From IMG/VR virus record IMGVR_UViG_3300025098_000001: a stretch of 64,000 nt of DNA; one strand, written 5' to 3'. This document shows, piece after piece, positions 41,047-49,271 of the stretch. The position numbers were made by a program, and so were the translations under genes. The stretch's first letter is position 1, and every line of letters starts with the position of its first letter. The stretch is from an uncultured virus (IMG/VR IMGVR_UViG_3300025098_000001). Its lineage: Duplodnaviria > Heunggongvirae > Uroviricota > Caudoviricetes. Under the pieces are notes generated by a model. The model did no database searches. It had not been told where the DNA came from and worked only from the letters and a program-made list of their open reading frames with translations.

Positions 41047-41811
41047 TCACTTCCTCTTACCTTGATACATCTTGTCAGCATTACGGGGTTCTATATTTTT
41101 TATACCCTTATGTAGTGAAGCCCCTCGAACATTACAGCGAACTAATGTGACATTTCTTACTACTGCAAGTTTAGATAAATCTACACCCCTAAAATCACAA
41201 TCCTCAAATGTTACATTTGTCATCTTAGCCCCATTAAAATTAGCACGACTAAAGTTGCACAGTTTAATTACACCTGAAGGGTCTTCTTTTCGATAAAAAC
41301 CAAACTGTGCTTGTCTAAAACTAGAGTTCTTAAAAGAAACCTTCTTTAATCTAATAGGAGTTCTTTTCTTACCAGTTTTCATTGTAAATTTACCTTTACC
41401 ACTTGGTTTAGGTGTAGGTTTAGTTAAGTCTAATTCATATTCATCTTTCTTTCTTTGCCCCGCTTGGGCTACACCTTCAAATTTAGAACGACCAGTTCGA
41501 CCATATTTATTACTCTCCCTTGCTTCTTTGGGTGTGACTCTTTGTTCTACTAAACGACCTCTATCATCTCTCTTAGGAGGATATTCCATCTCGGTATATT
41601 TTGTTTCTTTTTGATTACTCATATCTTTACCGTTAAATATTTCTTTATCAAAACTTTTATTATCCATTATTAAATATTCACCTGCGGGTAGTGTGCCGCT
41701 AAACTTTTCCTTTCTGTTAACGAAACCTTCAACATGGCCGTCGTCGGAAACCTTACGCTTTTTGGCCTCAATTTTATCCCACTTTCTTTTTAATATATCT
41801 TGCCAACTCAT
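41047..41811 (-). CDS. Basic protein with WxxILK leader and C-terminal pentapeptide repeats
   Basis: MSWQDILK; VSFKNSSFRQAQF, CNFSRANFNGAKMTNVTFEDCDFRGVDLS. Confidence 0.75.
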   Translation of the reverse strand: MSWQDILKRKWDKIEAKKRKVSDDGHVEGFVNRKEKFSGTLPAGEYLIMDNKSFDKEIFNGKDMSNQKETKYTEMEYPPKRDDRGRLVEQRVTPKEARESNKYGRTGRSKFEGVAQAGQRKKDEYELDLTKPTPKPSGKGKFTMKTGKKRTPIRLKKVSFKNSSFRQAQFGFYRKEDPSGVIKLCNFSRANFNGAKMTNVTFEDCDFRGVDLSKLAVVRNVTLVRCNVRGASLHKGIKNIEPRNADKMYQGKRK

Positions 41812-42647
41812 TTTCCTTTCCTCCTTTTGTAAGTTTTACAGGCCGCACAGGTAGGGCGGCATCTTCTCTTTCTACCCTTTGAAGCATCTTTTCTTCCACA
41901 AGGCTTAGGTCCGTTTTTCTTTCCACATGAAGAACAGTCAATCCATCCTCCCTGTGTTTTCTTTCCTTTACCTTCTTTTCCGCCTCGTCGAGAAAACCAC
42001 CCATGTAAGCCTTCGGACTTCTCTCTCTTAAAGTTATCGCCACTTTGTAGAATATCTTCCCAAGATTTAGAAATATCTAAATACGCATCAGCAAGCATAA
42101 GTCCTACCTTTTTACCTGCTTCTATATCACTTGGATAATGATTTCCCATTTGAACACGGGAGAGAGAAATTGAATCTGCCATAGTATTAAGTTCCTTTTT
42201 CTTATCGGGGTATTTCTCACCGAGAACTTTAGCCAACGCATATGCTTCAATAGCGTGGCCGCTTGGAAAAGAAGGTGTGTCATCCGTATTTGTAATAGAC
42301 TTAATTTTATCCGAGATTTCATAGGGTCGCTTTCTACCGTATTTCATTTTAAGTCGTATGGTATGAATATCCACATCATCTATAAAATCCCCCCATTCGG
42401 ACATTTTCTCTCCAACAATGTCGAGCATCATTTTATGATTATTTTTATCTAAGTCGTTAATAGTTTTTTTATCTAAGTCTTGACCTTCCATAATTTTTAG
42501 AACCTTTGGTAGTTCTTCTTCGTTATCGGGAAATGAAAGTTTAGGAATGTCTACTTCAAAAGAAGGTTCGGAATCAAGAAGTTTTTGCTTACTCGCAGAA
42601 AGACTATTCATCCATTTGGATTCTTCCTTGAGTATTTCCCGCCACAT
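41808..42647 (-). CDS. PAP2/class A acid phosphatase fused to a basic Cys-rich domain, with WxxILK leader
   Basis: ATG 42647 (MWREILKE); K-x6-RP (KMKYGRKRP), PSFPSGH, SRVQMGNHYPSD catalytic motifs. Confidence 0.85.
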   Translation of the reverse strand: MWREILKEESKWMNSLSASKQKLLDSEPSFEVDIPKLSFPDNEEELPKVLKIMEGQDLDKKTINDLDKNNHKMMLDIVGEKMSEWGDFIDDVDIHTIRLKMKYGRKRPYEISDKIKSITNTDDTPSFPSGHAIEAYALAKVLGEKYPDKKKELNTMADSISLSRVQMGNHYPSDIEAGKKVGLMLADAYLDISKSWEDILQSGDNFKREKSEGLHGWFSRRGGKEGKGKKTQGGWIDCSSCGKKNGPKPCGRKDASKGRKRRCRPTCAACKTYKRRKGK

Positions 42648-42651
42648 GTTA

Positions 42652-42864
42652 TCACTTCTTTTTTGAATTGCCCCAATTAGCCGCACCCTTTTTACGACAT
42701 TGAACTAAAGCACCGGAAGCATAAGCGGAAGGCCATTTTTTATAACGACTTCTTACCTTGCGATAACAAGCGTCTTTTTTTGCCTTAGATTTCTTTTTCT
42801 TATATTGCTTACTACCCTTTTTTCGTCGGGCTTTACTTTTTTTACGCAATGTATCGAACCACAT
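42652..42864 (-). CDS. Small very basic protein with W-leader
   Basis: GGGGTG SD, ATG 42864 (MWFDTLRK); KDACYRKV..WPSAYASGALVQCRK..NWG module. Confidence 0.75.
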   Translation of the reverse strand: MWFDTLRKKSKARRKKGSKQYKKKKSKAKKDACYRKVRSRYKKWPSAYASGALVQCRKKGAANWGNSKKK

Positions 42865-42865
42865 G

Positions 42866-43069
42866 TTATACACCCCTAATATTATATTTTCTAATAACAT
42901 TTCTTAACGCAATTCGTTTTTTAGAATTACTATCTGCTCGTGAAATAAGAGGGTTATTATATTCTTTTTTATATTCTTTAACTTGTTCAGGATTAAAGTG
43001 GTAGGTCTTACCATCAACGGAAAATTTTTTACCGATAATTTTAATCTTTAAAATCTGAAACCATTGCAA
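42866..43069 (-). CDS. Small basic protein with WxxILK leader
   Basis: TTG start, (M)QWFQILK. Confidence 0.6.
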   Translation of the reverse strand: MQWFQILKIKIIGKKFSVDGKTYHFNPEQVKEYKKEYNNPLISRADSNSKKRIALRNVIRKYNIRGV

Positions 43070-43070
43070 G

Positions 43071-43292
43071 TTAATCCCTCGCAGTAAATGGACCTCTACG
43101 ATTTGAGTCCTTATATTCAGTCTTCATTGGACAATTAGGTTTTATCGGTAAGGCTGGTAAGTTCATAGGACATGGTTGCCAAGTTTTAACACTTCTATTA
43201 CATCTACGACAAACGCCTGTTTTTTTAACACCGTTTTCCATAGTTCTTACTTGTTCAGGTGTAAGGTTTTTAGTAATGTCTGTCCATGTCAT
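43071..43292 (-). CDS. Small Cys protein with W-leader
   Basis: ATG 43292 (MTWTDITK); CRRC..CP..CP. Confidence 0.65.
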   Translation of the reverse strand: MTWTDITKNLTPEQVRTMENGVKKTGVCRRCNRSVKTWQPCPMNLPALPIKPNCPMKTEYKDSNRRGPFTARD

Positions 43293-43297
43293 AATAA

Positions 43298-43510
43298 TCA
43301 CATCAAATTGTCTGCTGCTTTAAGCGCCAATTCTTCTGCTTGTGATAAAATAGCGATAATTTCTTTCAATTCGCCTCTTTCATTTCCTTTTAACTTTTCA
43401 GCATATTCTATTGCATATTGAATCCTGTTCTGTAATATGCCTAATTTATTAAAAAGGTCTTCATCATCAGGCATTCCGTATTCTTTCTTAATTGTATTTT
43501 TCCATGTCAT
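43298..43510 (-). CDS. Small helical protein with W-leader
   Basis: GGAGTGA SD, ATG 43510 (MTWKNTIKKE). Confidence 0.65.
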   Translation of the reverse strand: MTWKNTIKKEYGMPDDEDLFNKLGILQNRIQYAIEYAEKLKGNERGELKEIIAILSQAEELALKAADNLM

Positions 43511-43712
43511 TTTTCTCACTCCATAAGTTTTTCCATAATTTATGTCTCTCGTAATTTTCTTCTAAGTAGTCGATAACCTCGTCTTTCGACGGCGCGTTAT
43601 AACCAAGACTGTCTGTAAGGTGTTTATAAATGTTTTCAAATAAACTGTCCTCGGTTATATAAGAATCCAGCATTTCACGCCAATCGAGTTTAAGAATATT
43701 TTCCCAACTCAT
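43488..43712 (-). CDS. Small protein with WxxILK leader
   Basis: MSWENILK. Confidence 0.7.
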   Translation of the reverse strand: MSWENILKLDWREMLDSYITEDSLFENIYKHLTDSLGYNAPSKDEVIDYLEENYERHKLWKNLWSEKNDMEKYN

Positions 43713-44068
43713 GTGTTTTCCCCCCTAAATTTCAATGCTTCACTAATCGCATCAATTATCCCTGCAACTGTGTTATAGAAAAGTGTATTGCCGTCTTCAA
43801 ATGCTTCATCATGCCCTTCGTCTTCCATAAATTCTTCCTGCTTTGCGCCAATTTTTCTTAACAAAGTAATTAATACACCTTGAGTTCGTTCTTCCGAATA
43901 CATAGGACTTTCTAAATAATCTATTAAATGAAATATAATACCTATAATTGAGTTCGGTTGGTTTGCATCACCAATATAACGAGGTGGAAAGTATTCTACA
44001 ATTTCTCTACGAAGGTCTTCAAATAGGGCCGTTGGGTCGTCAAATTTTAAAATGTCTTGCCACTTCAT
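43709..44068 (-). CDS. Acidic protein with WxxILK leader
   Basis: MKWQDILK; GGGGTGA SD. Confidence 0.7.
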   Translation of the reverse strand: MKWQDILKFDDPTALFEDLRREIVEYFPPRYIGDANQPNSIIGIIFHLIDYLESPMYSEERTQGVLITLLRKIGAKQEEFMEDEGHDEAFEDGNTLFYNTVAGIIDAISEALKFRGENT

Positions 44069-44697
44069 CGCCTCTCACCCCTTTTTAACTTTATTACAAA
44101 GGATTCAAAAATTCTTCTAACGGTAGGTTCTATAACTTGAATAAGTGCTTCCATAACCATAGGGATTTTTTCTGGCTGCATATTTGCCGCTCCCATTGTT
44201 CCTATAATTCTTGCCTCAAAAGAAGATAAAATAAATTGAGCAAATCTATTTCTACCTTCTCGTGTTTCAAAATTTCTCTCTAATGAGTAGGCCTGTGTTT
44301 CTATTGCCATTTCTTGTTCTAAATATGTTTTTATAGCATTTCCTATGTTAAATTCTACATCATCTAATGCTCTTACCAACATATTTATAGATAAGTTTTG
44401 GATAGGTGTTTCTCTCACACTTAATACAAAGGAAATAATAGCATCTCCAGAGGTATCAACAATTTCCCTCATTATTGGTTCCGTATTAAATTGGGCTTCA
44501 TGTGTTGATTCATGTGCTAATACTAAGGCAAGTTTCTCCGGTGTCACATTAGGATTAGGAGAAATAACAGTTTCTCCGGTCGCTGTGTTATAACTGGCAG
44601 TTTCTCCCATAAGACTTTCACCCATTCTAATTCTCGGTGCAGGTCTATCACGGTCTACCGGCTTGAAAGAAATTTTTAAAATATCAAACCAATTCAT
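44065..44697 (-). CDS. Putative zincin metallopeptidase with WxxILK leader
   Basis: MNWFDILK; ASYN..GETVI, VLAHESTHEAQ (HExxH), downstream ETQAY. Confidence 0.65.
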   Translation of the reverse strand: MNWFDILKISFKPVDRDRPAPRIRMGESLMGETASYNTATGETVISPNPNVTPEKLALVLAHESTHEAQFNTEPIMREIVDTSGDAIISFVLSVRETPIQNLSINMLVRALDDVEFNIGNAIKTYLEQEMAIETQAYSLERNFETREGRNRFAQFILSSFEARIIGTMGAANMQPEKIPMVMEALIQVIEPTVRRIFESFVIKLKRGERR

Positions 44698-45356
44698 GCT
44701 AATCTCTCTGCAATATCATCTCGTATCTCAGTCCATACTTCGGGGTATCTTTCAATAAGAACCTTTTGTATAACTTCAATCTGTTGAATCACCACTGTTT
44801 CTTCTCGCTTATGTACTAATTTGCCCTTAAATTCGAGCGCATACTTTAGCGACTCACGAATTTCTTTACTAAGTTTTACTAAAGAATCCACTGTCTTGAA
44901 ATCTAAATCTTCATTGTCTAAAATAAATTGTTGAATCTTACCCTGCAACATTGAAACATTTTGCGAAAGTAGGTCAATTTCATTTAGTTCTACACGGGCT
45001 ACATCTAATGCCGCCGATTGTTGAACGATAGGTTTGAGATGTTTTTTCATATGTAGGTTAATTGAATCGACTCCGACTTCTAAATATTCTGCAACCCTGC
45101 TCGGTTTCATATGTCCATCTACAATTGCCGCTTCTAAATCCTTTCTATTTGGCGCAACACATAAAGCACACTTATCATTTGAATCATCGTGATACGCATT
45201 CAAATGTTCCTGCATATGTTTTCTTGTAGTTCCGGCTCTCCAACCTTCTTCTCTATCAAGAGCATTGGCATCCATGCGCCCTTCAAGAATTTCTATTTCT
45301 AAGTTATCCCTATCAGGATGATTACAAAGAGGACAAGACTTACGAATTTTACGCAT
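44694..45356 (-). CDS. Putative terminase small subunit (tandem Zn-finger/HTH repeats plus coiled coil)
   Basis: CPLCNHPDR..RKHMQEH and CALCVAPNR..LHMKKH repeats, then a helical region; resembles TerS-like proteins of archaeal viruses (inference). Confidence 0.5.
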   Translation of the reverse strand: MRKIRKSCPLCNHPDRDNLEIEILEGRMDANALDREEGWRAGTTRKHMQEHLNAYHDDSNDKCALCVAPNRKDLEAAIVDGHMKPSRVAEYLEVGVDSINLHMKKHLKPIVQQSAALDVARVELNEIDLLSQNVSMLQGKIQQFILDNEDLDFKTVDSLVKLSKEIRESLKYALEFKGKLVHKREETVVIQQIEVIQKVLIERYPEVWTEIRDDIAERLA

Positions 45357-45894
45357 TGTCAATAGCCTCTCTTAATTGTCTCTTAAATAAATTACCACTT
45401 TGCATACCATAAGTAGTGGTATCACCAAATGCTATCGTAACTGGTCCTGCTAATATTTTAAAACCGGGATATTGAGTTAAGGTGAACATAATATAATCAT
45501 CACCTAATGAGGCGTTATCCTGCATAACTTGACCGGAGTTATCTAATAAATCCTGCTGTCGCTTTCTTTCTTCTTCTGTAAGGTTTTCTCCAGCCGCCGT
45601 TCTTTCGGTAAATTCATTTAATTCTAATATTTCTTCATTAGATAGTGGAGTTTCTTCTGTCATACCAACGCCCTGCGAACCACCACTGGTAAATCCGGGG
45701 GTTAAATGTAGATGGAATTTATCTTCAGTAAAAATTTCAATAAACCCTTCAATGAGTTCAACGAGTTCTTCATCATCCGATTCATTAATTATTCTTTCCA
45801 ATAAGGGTAAATGATATGACAATATATCTTTATACGCTTTAATAATCGACCACCAATTTCCACTACTATTTAACGGGCCTCTACTGTTGTTCAC
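45349..45894 (-). CDS. Hypothetical protein with near-N-terminal WWSIIK motif
   Basis: GGTGA SD; NWWSIIKA at residues 13-20. Confidence 0.65.
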   Translation of the reverse strand: MNNSRGPLNSSGNWWSIIKAYKDILSYHLPLLERIINESDDEELVELIEGFIEIFTEDKFHLHLTPGFTSGGSQGVGMTEETPLSNEEILELNEFTERTAAGENLTEEERKRQQDLLDNSGQVMQDNASLGDDYIMFTLTQYPGFKILAGPVTIAFGDTTTYGMQSGNLFKRQLREAIDNA

Positions 45895-47012
45895 TTTATC
45901 ACCTTCATTAAATTGCTAAATGCTTCCATGGCATCGAGTTGCTTGAGAGTAATTCCATCTCCCTCGGTGCTTCCGGGAACTTTGAATGTTTCCATTTGTT
46001 CACCCATAACGGCACGAACAACCGCATTAAGAGTTTTATTACTCTTAGGAAAACGCATTGTAATATTATTTATTTTTTCGTAATTAACCACTTCGTCAAT
46101 CTCAACACGCTCACCTTCAATTTTGACAGTGCAGGTATCTACAAGTATTGCGAGGTCTGAAGAACTAATGTTAAATGTTTTATTTCTCACCGCATCGTTA
46201 AGTCTACTTTTTACGGGGAATCTTCTACCTTTTGTGTAAATAGTTCCATCAGCCATAACTTCTCGTATTGCTTTATTTAATCCGGCTACCGTAGCCAATC
46301 TTTCTGCTGTTCTTGAGCCTAAATTAGCATTAACATCAATTTTTATAGGTGCTGAACCCGGCCCCATACTCTTTTCAACTATTTCTTTAATATCAGCAAC
46401 CAAACTTTTTAGGCTATTTTTTTCACCTAAGATTGCTTGCCAAAGTGGAGGCTTTGCTTTGTTTTGAGGTGGCTCGCCACCTTCTTTAGAAAAAGCATAC
46501 CATTCGGGTTTAGGCTTTTCACTTGCGAAGGCTTCGTTAATTTTCTCCGCTTTCCATTGGCGGTATTCCCAATACGGGACTGTCAAAAAATGACCCGCTA
46601 CCACACCTCTTTCTATTTCAGGTTCATCATCTTCACCTGCCGGAGGTTTAAAAGAAATCATAGTTCTAAATTTAATATTTGCGGGATTACGACCCGGCCT
46701 TGTTTCTATTCTCGCTAAATCTCTTTCCATGTCATCAAAATCAAGAAGGTCTTCTTCGAGGAAGGTTTCTCTCTCCAAGAAAGATTTGAGTTTTTCTAAA
46801 ATTGCTCCGCCACCTGAAAAGTCTATATTTTTTCTTGACATTCCTACACGGCCATGATTTTCTACCGAAAGATAAACAGACTTAGCATTAACCTTTCCAG
46901 TGTTGGCATCCGGCCTACCTGTAATGCCGAATTGAGAATTTTTACTTGGTCCCCAAAAAGCCTTATATTCTTCAAGTAATGCTAATGCACCTTCTCTATC
47001 CCATTCAAACAT
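45891..47012 (-). CDS. Hypothetical protein
   Basis: Likely ATG 47012 (MFEWDREG) overlapping the upstream stop. Confidence 0.65.
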   Translation of the reverse strand: MFEWDREGALALLEEYKAFWGPSKNSQFGITGRPDANTGKVNAKSVYLSVENHGRVGMSRKNIDFSGGGAILEKLKSFLERETFLEEDLLDFDDMERDLARIETRPGRNPANIKFRTMISFKPPAGEDDEPEIERGVVAGHFLTVPYWEYRQWKAEKINEAFASEKPKPEWYAFSKEGGEPPQNKAKPPLWQAILGEKNSLKSLVADIKEIVEKSMGPGSAPIKIDVNANLGSRTAERLATVAGLNKAIREVMADGTIYTKGRRFPVKSRLNDAVRNKTFNISSSDLAILVDTCTVKIEGERVEIDEVVNYEKINNITMRFPKSNKTLNAVVRAVMGEQMETFKVPGSTEGDGITLKQLDAMEAFSNLMKVIK

Positions 47013-48603
47013 CTTCCTCTTCCTCCTCACTGAAGGTGGGTCGATGTAGAGTTTCAAAACCTTCGCTTTGCGAAGTCGTTGCTTCCTTTGCCAATTTTAA
47101 TAATTCCATTACAGACAAGGGTATTCCTAATTTTTTACCATCGGAAATAAAACTCTTTAAGGCAGATTCCCAATCCTCGGACTTTGTATTAGAGGTTTTT
47201 CTAAGATAGTCTGTCCACTTCATATTAATAGGGAGAACGGATTTACTACTTAAGTTCTTTGTAATTCCGCCTTCATCCTGTTCGACCATTTCCCCGTTAA
47301 CAAGTTCGTATTTTTTTCCATTCCATTTAATCCAATATTCCCCGTCTTTCTTATAATCAAATAAACCTAAAACATTATCTTCAGGTAATTCCCATTCTTC
47401 TATTGCGTTCATAATAAATTCTTCTTCGGACATTTCACTAAGATTATAAATTTCTTCTATATTATCAGTAAAATTACCATCATCGCCTAAATATCCACCT
47501 TTACGGTCGGACCATAAATCTCCCCCTAAATTTACATATTCTAAATAGTCGTAAACTTCATACATATCCTCTTCTAAATATTTAACTATAAATTTAATAA
47601 AATCAACATCTTCCGATAATATCTCTCTCACCTCATACAAACCCATCTCATCACCGTCTTCGTCATATAACATATTATTGGAAATAAATATTTTGTCGTT
47701 ATCTGTATCTTCTAAAATTGATTCAGGGTCTCCTCTTACGGTTAAATCATATTCATTAGGGAATTTAAGCCTAAATAATTTATTTTCCTGTAAAAACATG
47801 TCACCCACGACATGCCTAAAATGGGGGTTAAACACACCATTAGGACCTTCTTCATCTTGAACTTCTTCGTCTGCTTGAAACCTTGGTTCAAATCTTATAT
47901 CCGTAAGTTGTGTTGTTGCAGTACAATTTTCACACTGATACCCCTCATCCGATATAGAAAATTCATTAAAATGCCCACAAACTTGACATTGGAGTTCTTG
48001 CCAATCGGACATATAATCCGTAAGACCTTCAACACTTTCGCTCGTTGATTCATCGTTAAGTAGACCTAATGCTAAACCCAATAGATTATCTCCAGCAGGT
48101 TTTCGTTCATCTATTTCTATACAAATAGAATAACCCTCATAAGTTCTTACCTCATAACAACCACTGGATTTTAAACTCGAAGAAAGAATTGTATATTGGT
48201 TTGTCGAATCTCCAATAATTTCAAAACCCGCCCCTATGTCTATTATTTCGTCTATAGGTTCTATAACTTCATAAAACCAATTTAAAGAACGAAAGGTGGG
48301 CTTTACACTTTCAACAACCCTTTTTTTGTAGGCATCTAAATTTTCGGAGCGACCAAATTCACCTTTCACTTTGTCGAGAATACTGTCTAATCTTATATCT
48401 TCACTCTCTACTAAACATGCTATATCTGACCCACCATCTCTTTTTTTAACCCTAAGAGATACCATACCCCTACCCAGAGAAGAATATAGATATGAGAAAT
48501 GTGTTACTTCCCATTCTCTATGTTCCCCTTCTATCGCTTCCTTCGCTGCTTTTATAACATCTTCACGCTTAATAACTCCCTTTAATATATTTTGCCAATC
48601 CAT
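47005..48603 (-). CDS. Acidic multi-domain protein with WxxILK leader and Zn ribbon
   Basis: MDWQNILK; ICIE..GD..LALGLLND motif; CQVC..CENC; second MKWTDYLRK near the C-terminus. Confidence 0.75.
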   Translation of the reverse strand: MDWQNILKGVIKREDVIKAAKEAIEGEHREWEVTHFSYLYSSLGRGMVSLRVKKRDGGSDIACLVESEDIRLDSILDKVKGEFGRSENLDAYKKRVVESVKPTFRSLNWFYEVIEPIDEIIDIGAGFEIIGDSTNQYTILSSSLKSSGCYEVRTYEGYSICIEIDERKPAGDNLLGLALGLLNDESTSESVEGLTDYMSDWQELQCQVCGHFNEFSISDEGYQCENCTATTQLTDIRFEPRFQADEEVQDEEGPNGVFNPHFRHVVGDMFLQENKLFRLKFPNEYDLTVRGDPESILEDTDNDKIFISNNMLYDEDGDEMGLYEVREILSEDVDFIKFIVKYLEEDMYEVYDYLEYVNLGGDLWSDRKGGYLGDDGNFTDNIEEIYNLSEMSEEEFIMNAIEEWELPEDNVLGLFDYKKDGEYWIKWNGKKYELVNGEMVEQDEGGITKNLSSKSVLPINMKWTDYLRKTSNTKSEDWESALKSFISDGKKLGIPLSVMELLKLAKEATTSQSEGFETLHRPTFSEEEEEDV

Positions 48604-48604
48604 A

Positions 48605-49270
48605 TTACCACCTTCCTAATATTTCTTTAGGTTCTATTGCTTTAGCAAGCCAGAAATTGAGACCATTTATATCAAGTTCCTTGATTCTGTATATAGGCAA
48701 TTCTTCATAAAATGAATCAGGTAATCTCCGTTCCTTGTAAAGTTGAATAAGAAAAGACCTTTTATACTTTTTTTCACTGGTATCATAAACATATGAGTCC
48801 ACGGAATATTCATGTCCTGTATATGTCGCAAAGGCGACGAATTTTATAATGTCAGGGACAACATTATTTTTTACCGCATACACTAAGGTAGTTAAAAAAT
48901 CACCATTTGTCATATCACTGGTAGCCTTCACACATACATTTTTATCCCCTACTTGAATATAATTATCATCAGAAATATCACCTAAACCATTTAATCTTTG
49001 AGAAATAGTACACCTTTCCCCAAATACTTCAAAAGAATATAAGACAGTTCTTTTGCCTAATCCTATGAAATCTATATCATCTTTAATGGGTCTCATAAAT
49101 TCTAAAGTCCTTACTAAAGGTTTTAAGCGTTCAGGTGTTATTACTCTAAATTTTTCAGCAATATGATTTATTTTTATATTAGGGTCAAAAAAATGAACAT
49201 TATTTACATATTCGTCTACAAGTTTATCTCGCCCTTCCTCTTCCGACTTTAAAATATCTTGCCAACCCAT
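48605..49270 (-). CDS. Hypothetical protein with WxxILK leader (paralog of 49272-49958)
   Basis: MGWQDILK; RTLEFMRP, CVKA..MTNGDF, ends EILGRW. Confidence 0.8.
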   Translation of the reverse strand: MGWQDILKSEEEGRDKLVDEYVNNVHFFDPNIKINHIAEKFRVITPERLKPLVRTLEFMRPIKDDIDFIGLGKRTVLYSFEVFGERCTISQRLNGLGDISDDNYIQVGDKNVCVKATSDMTNGDFLTTLVYAVKNNVVPDIIKFVAFATYTGHEYSVDSYVYDTSEKKYKRSFLIQLYKERRLPDSFYEELPIYRIKELDINGLNFWLAKAIEPKEILGRW

Positions 49271-49271
49271 A

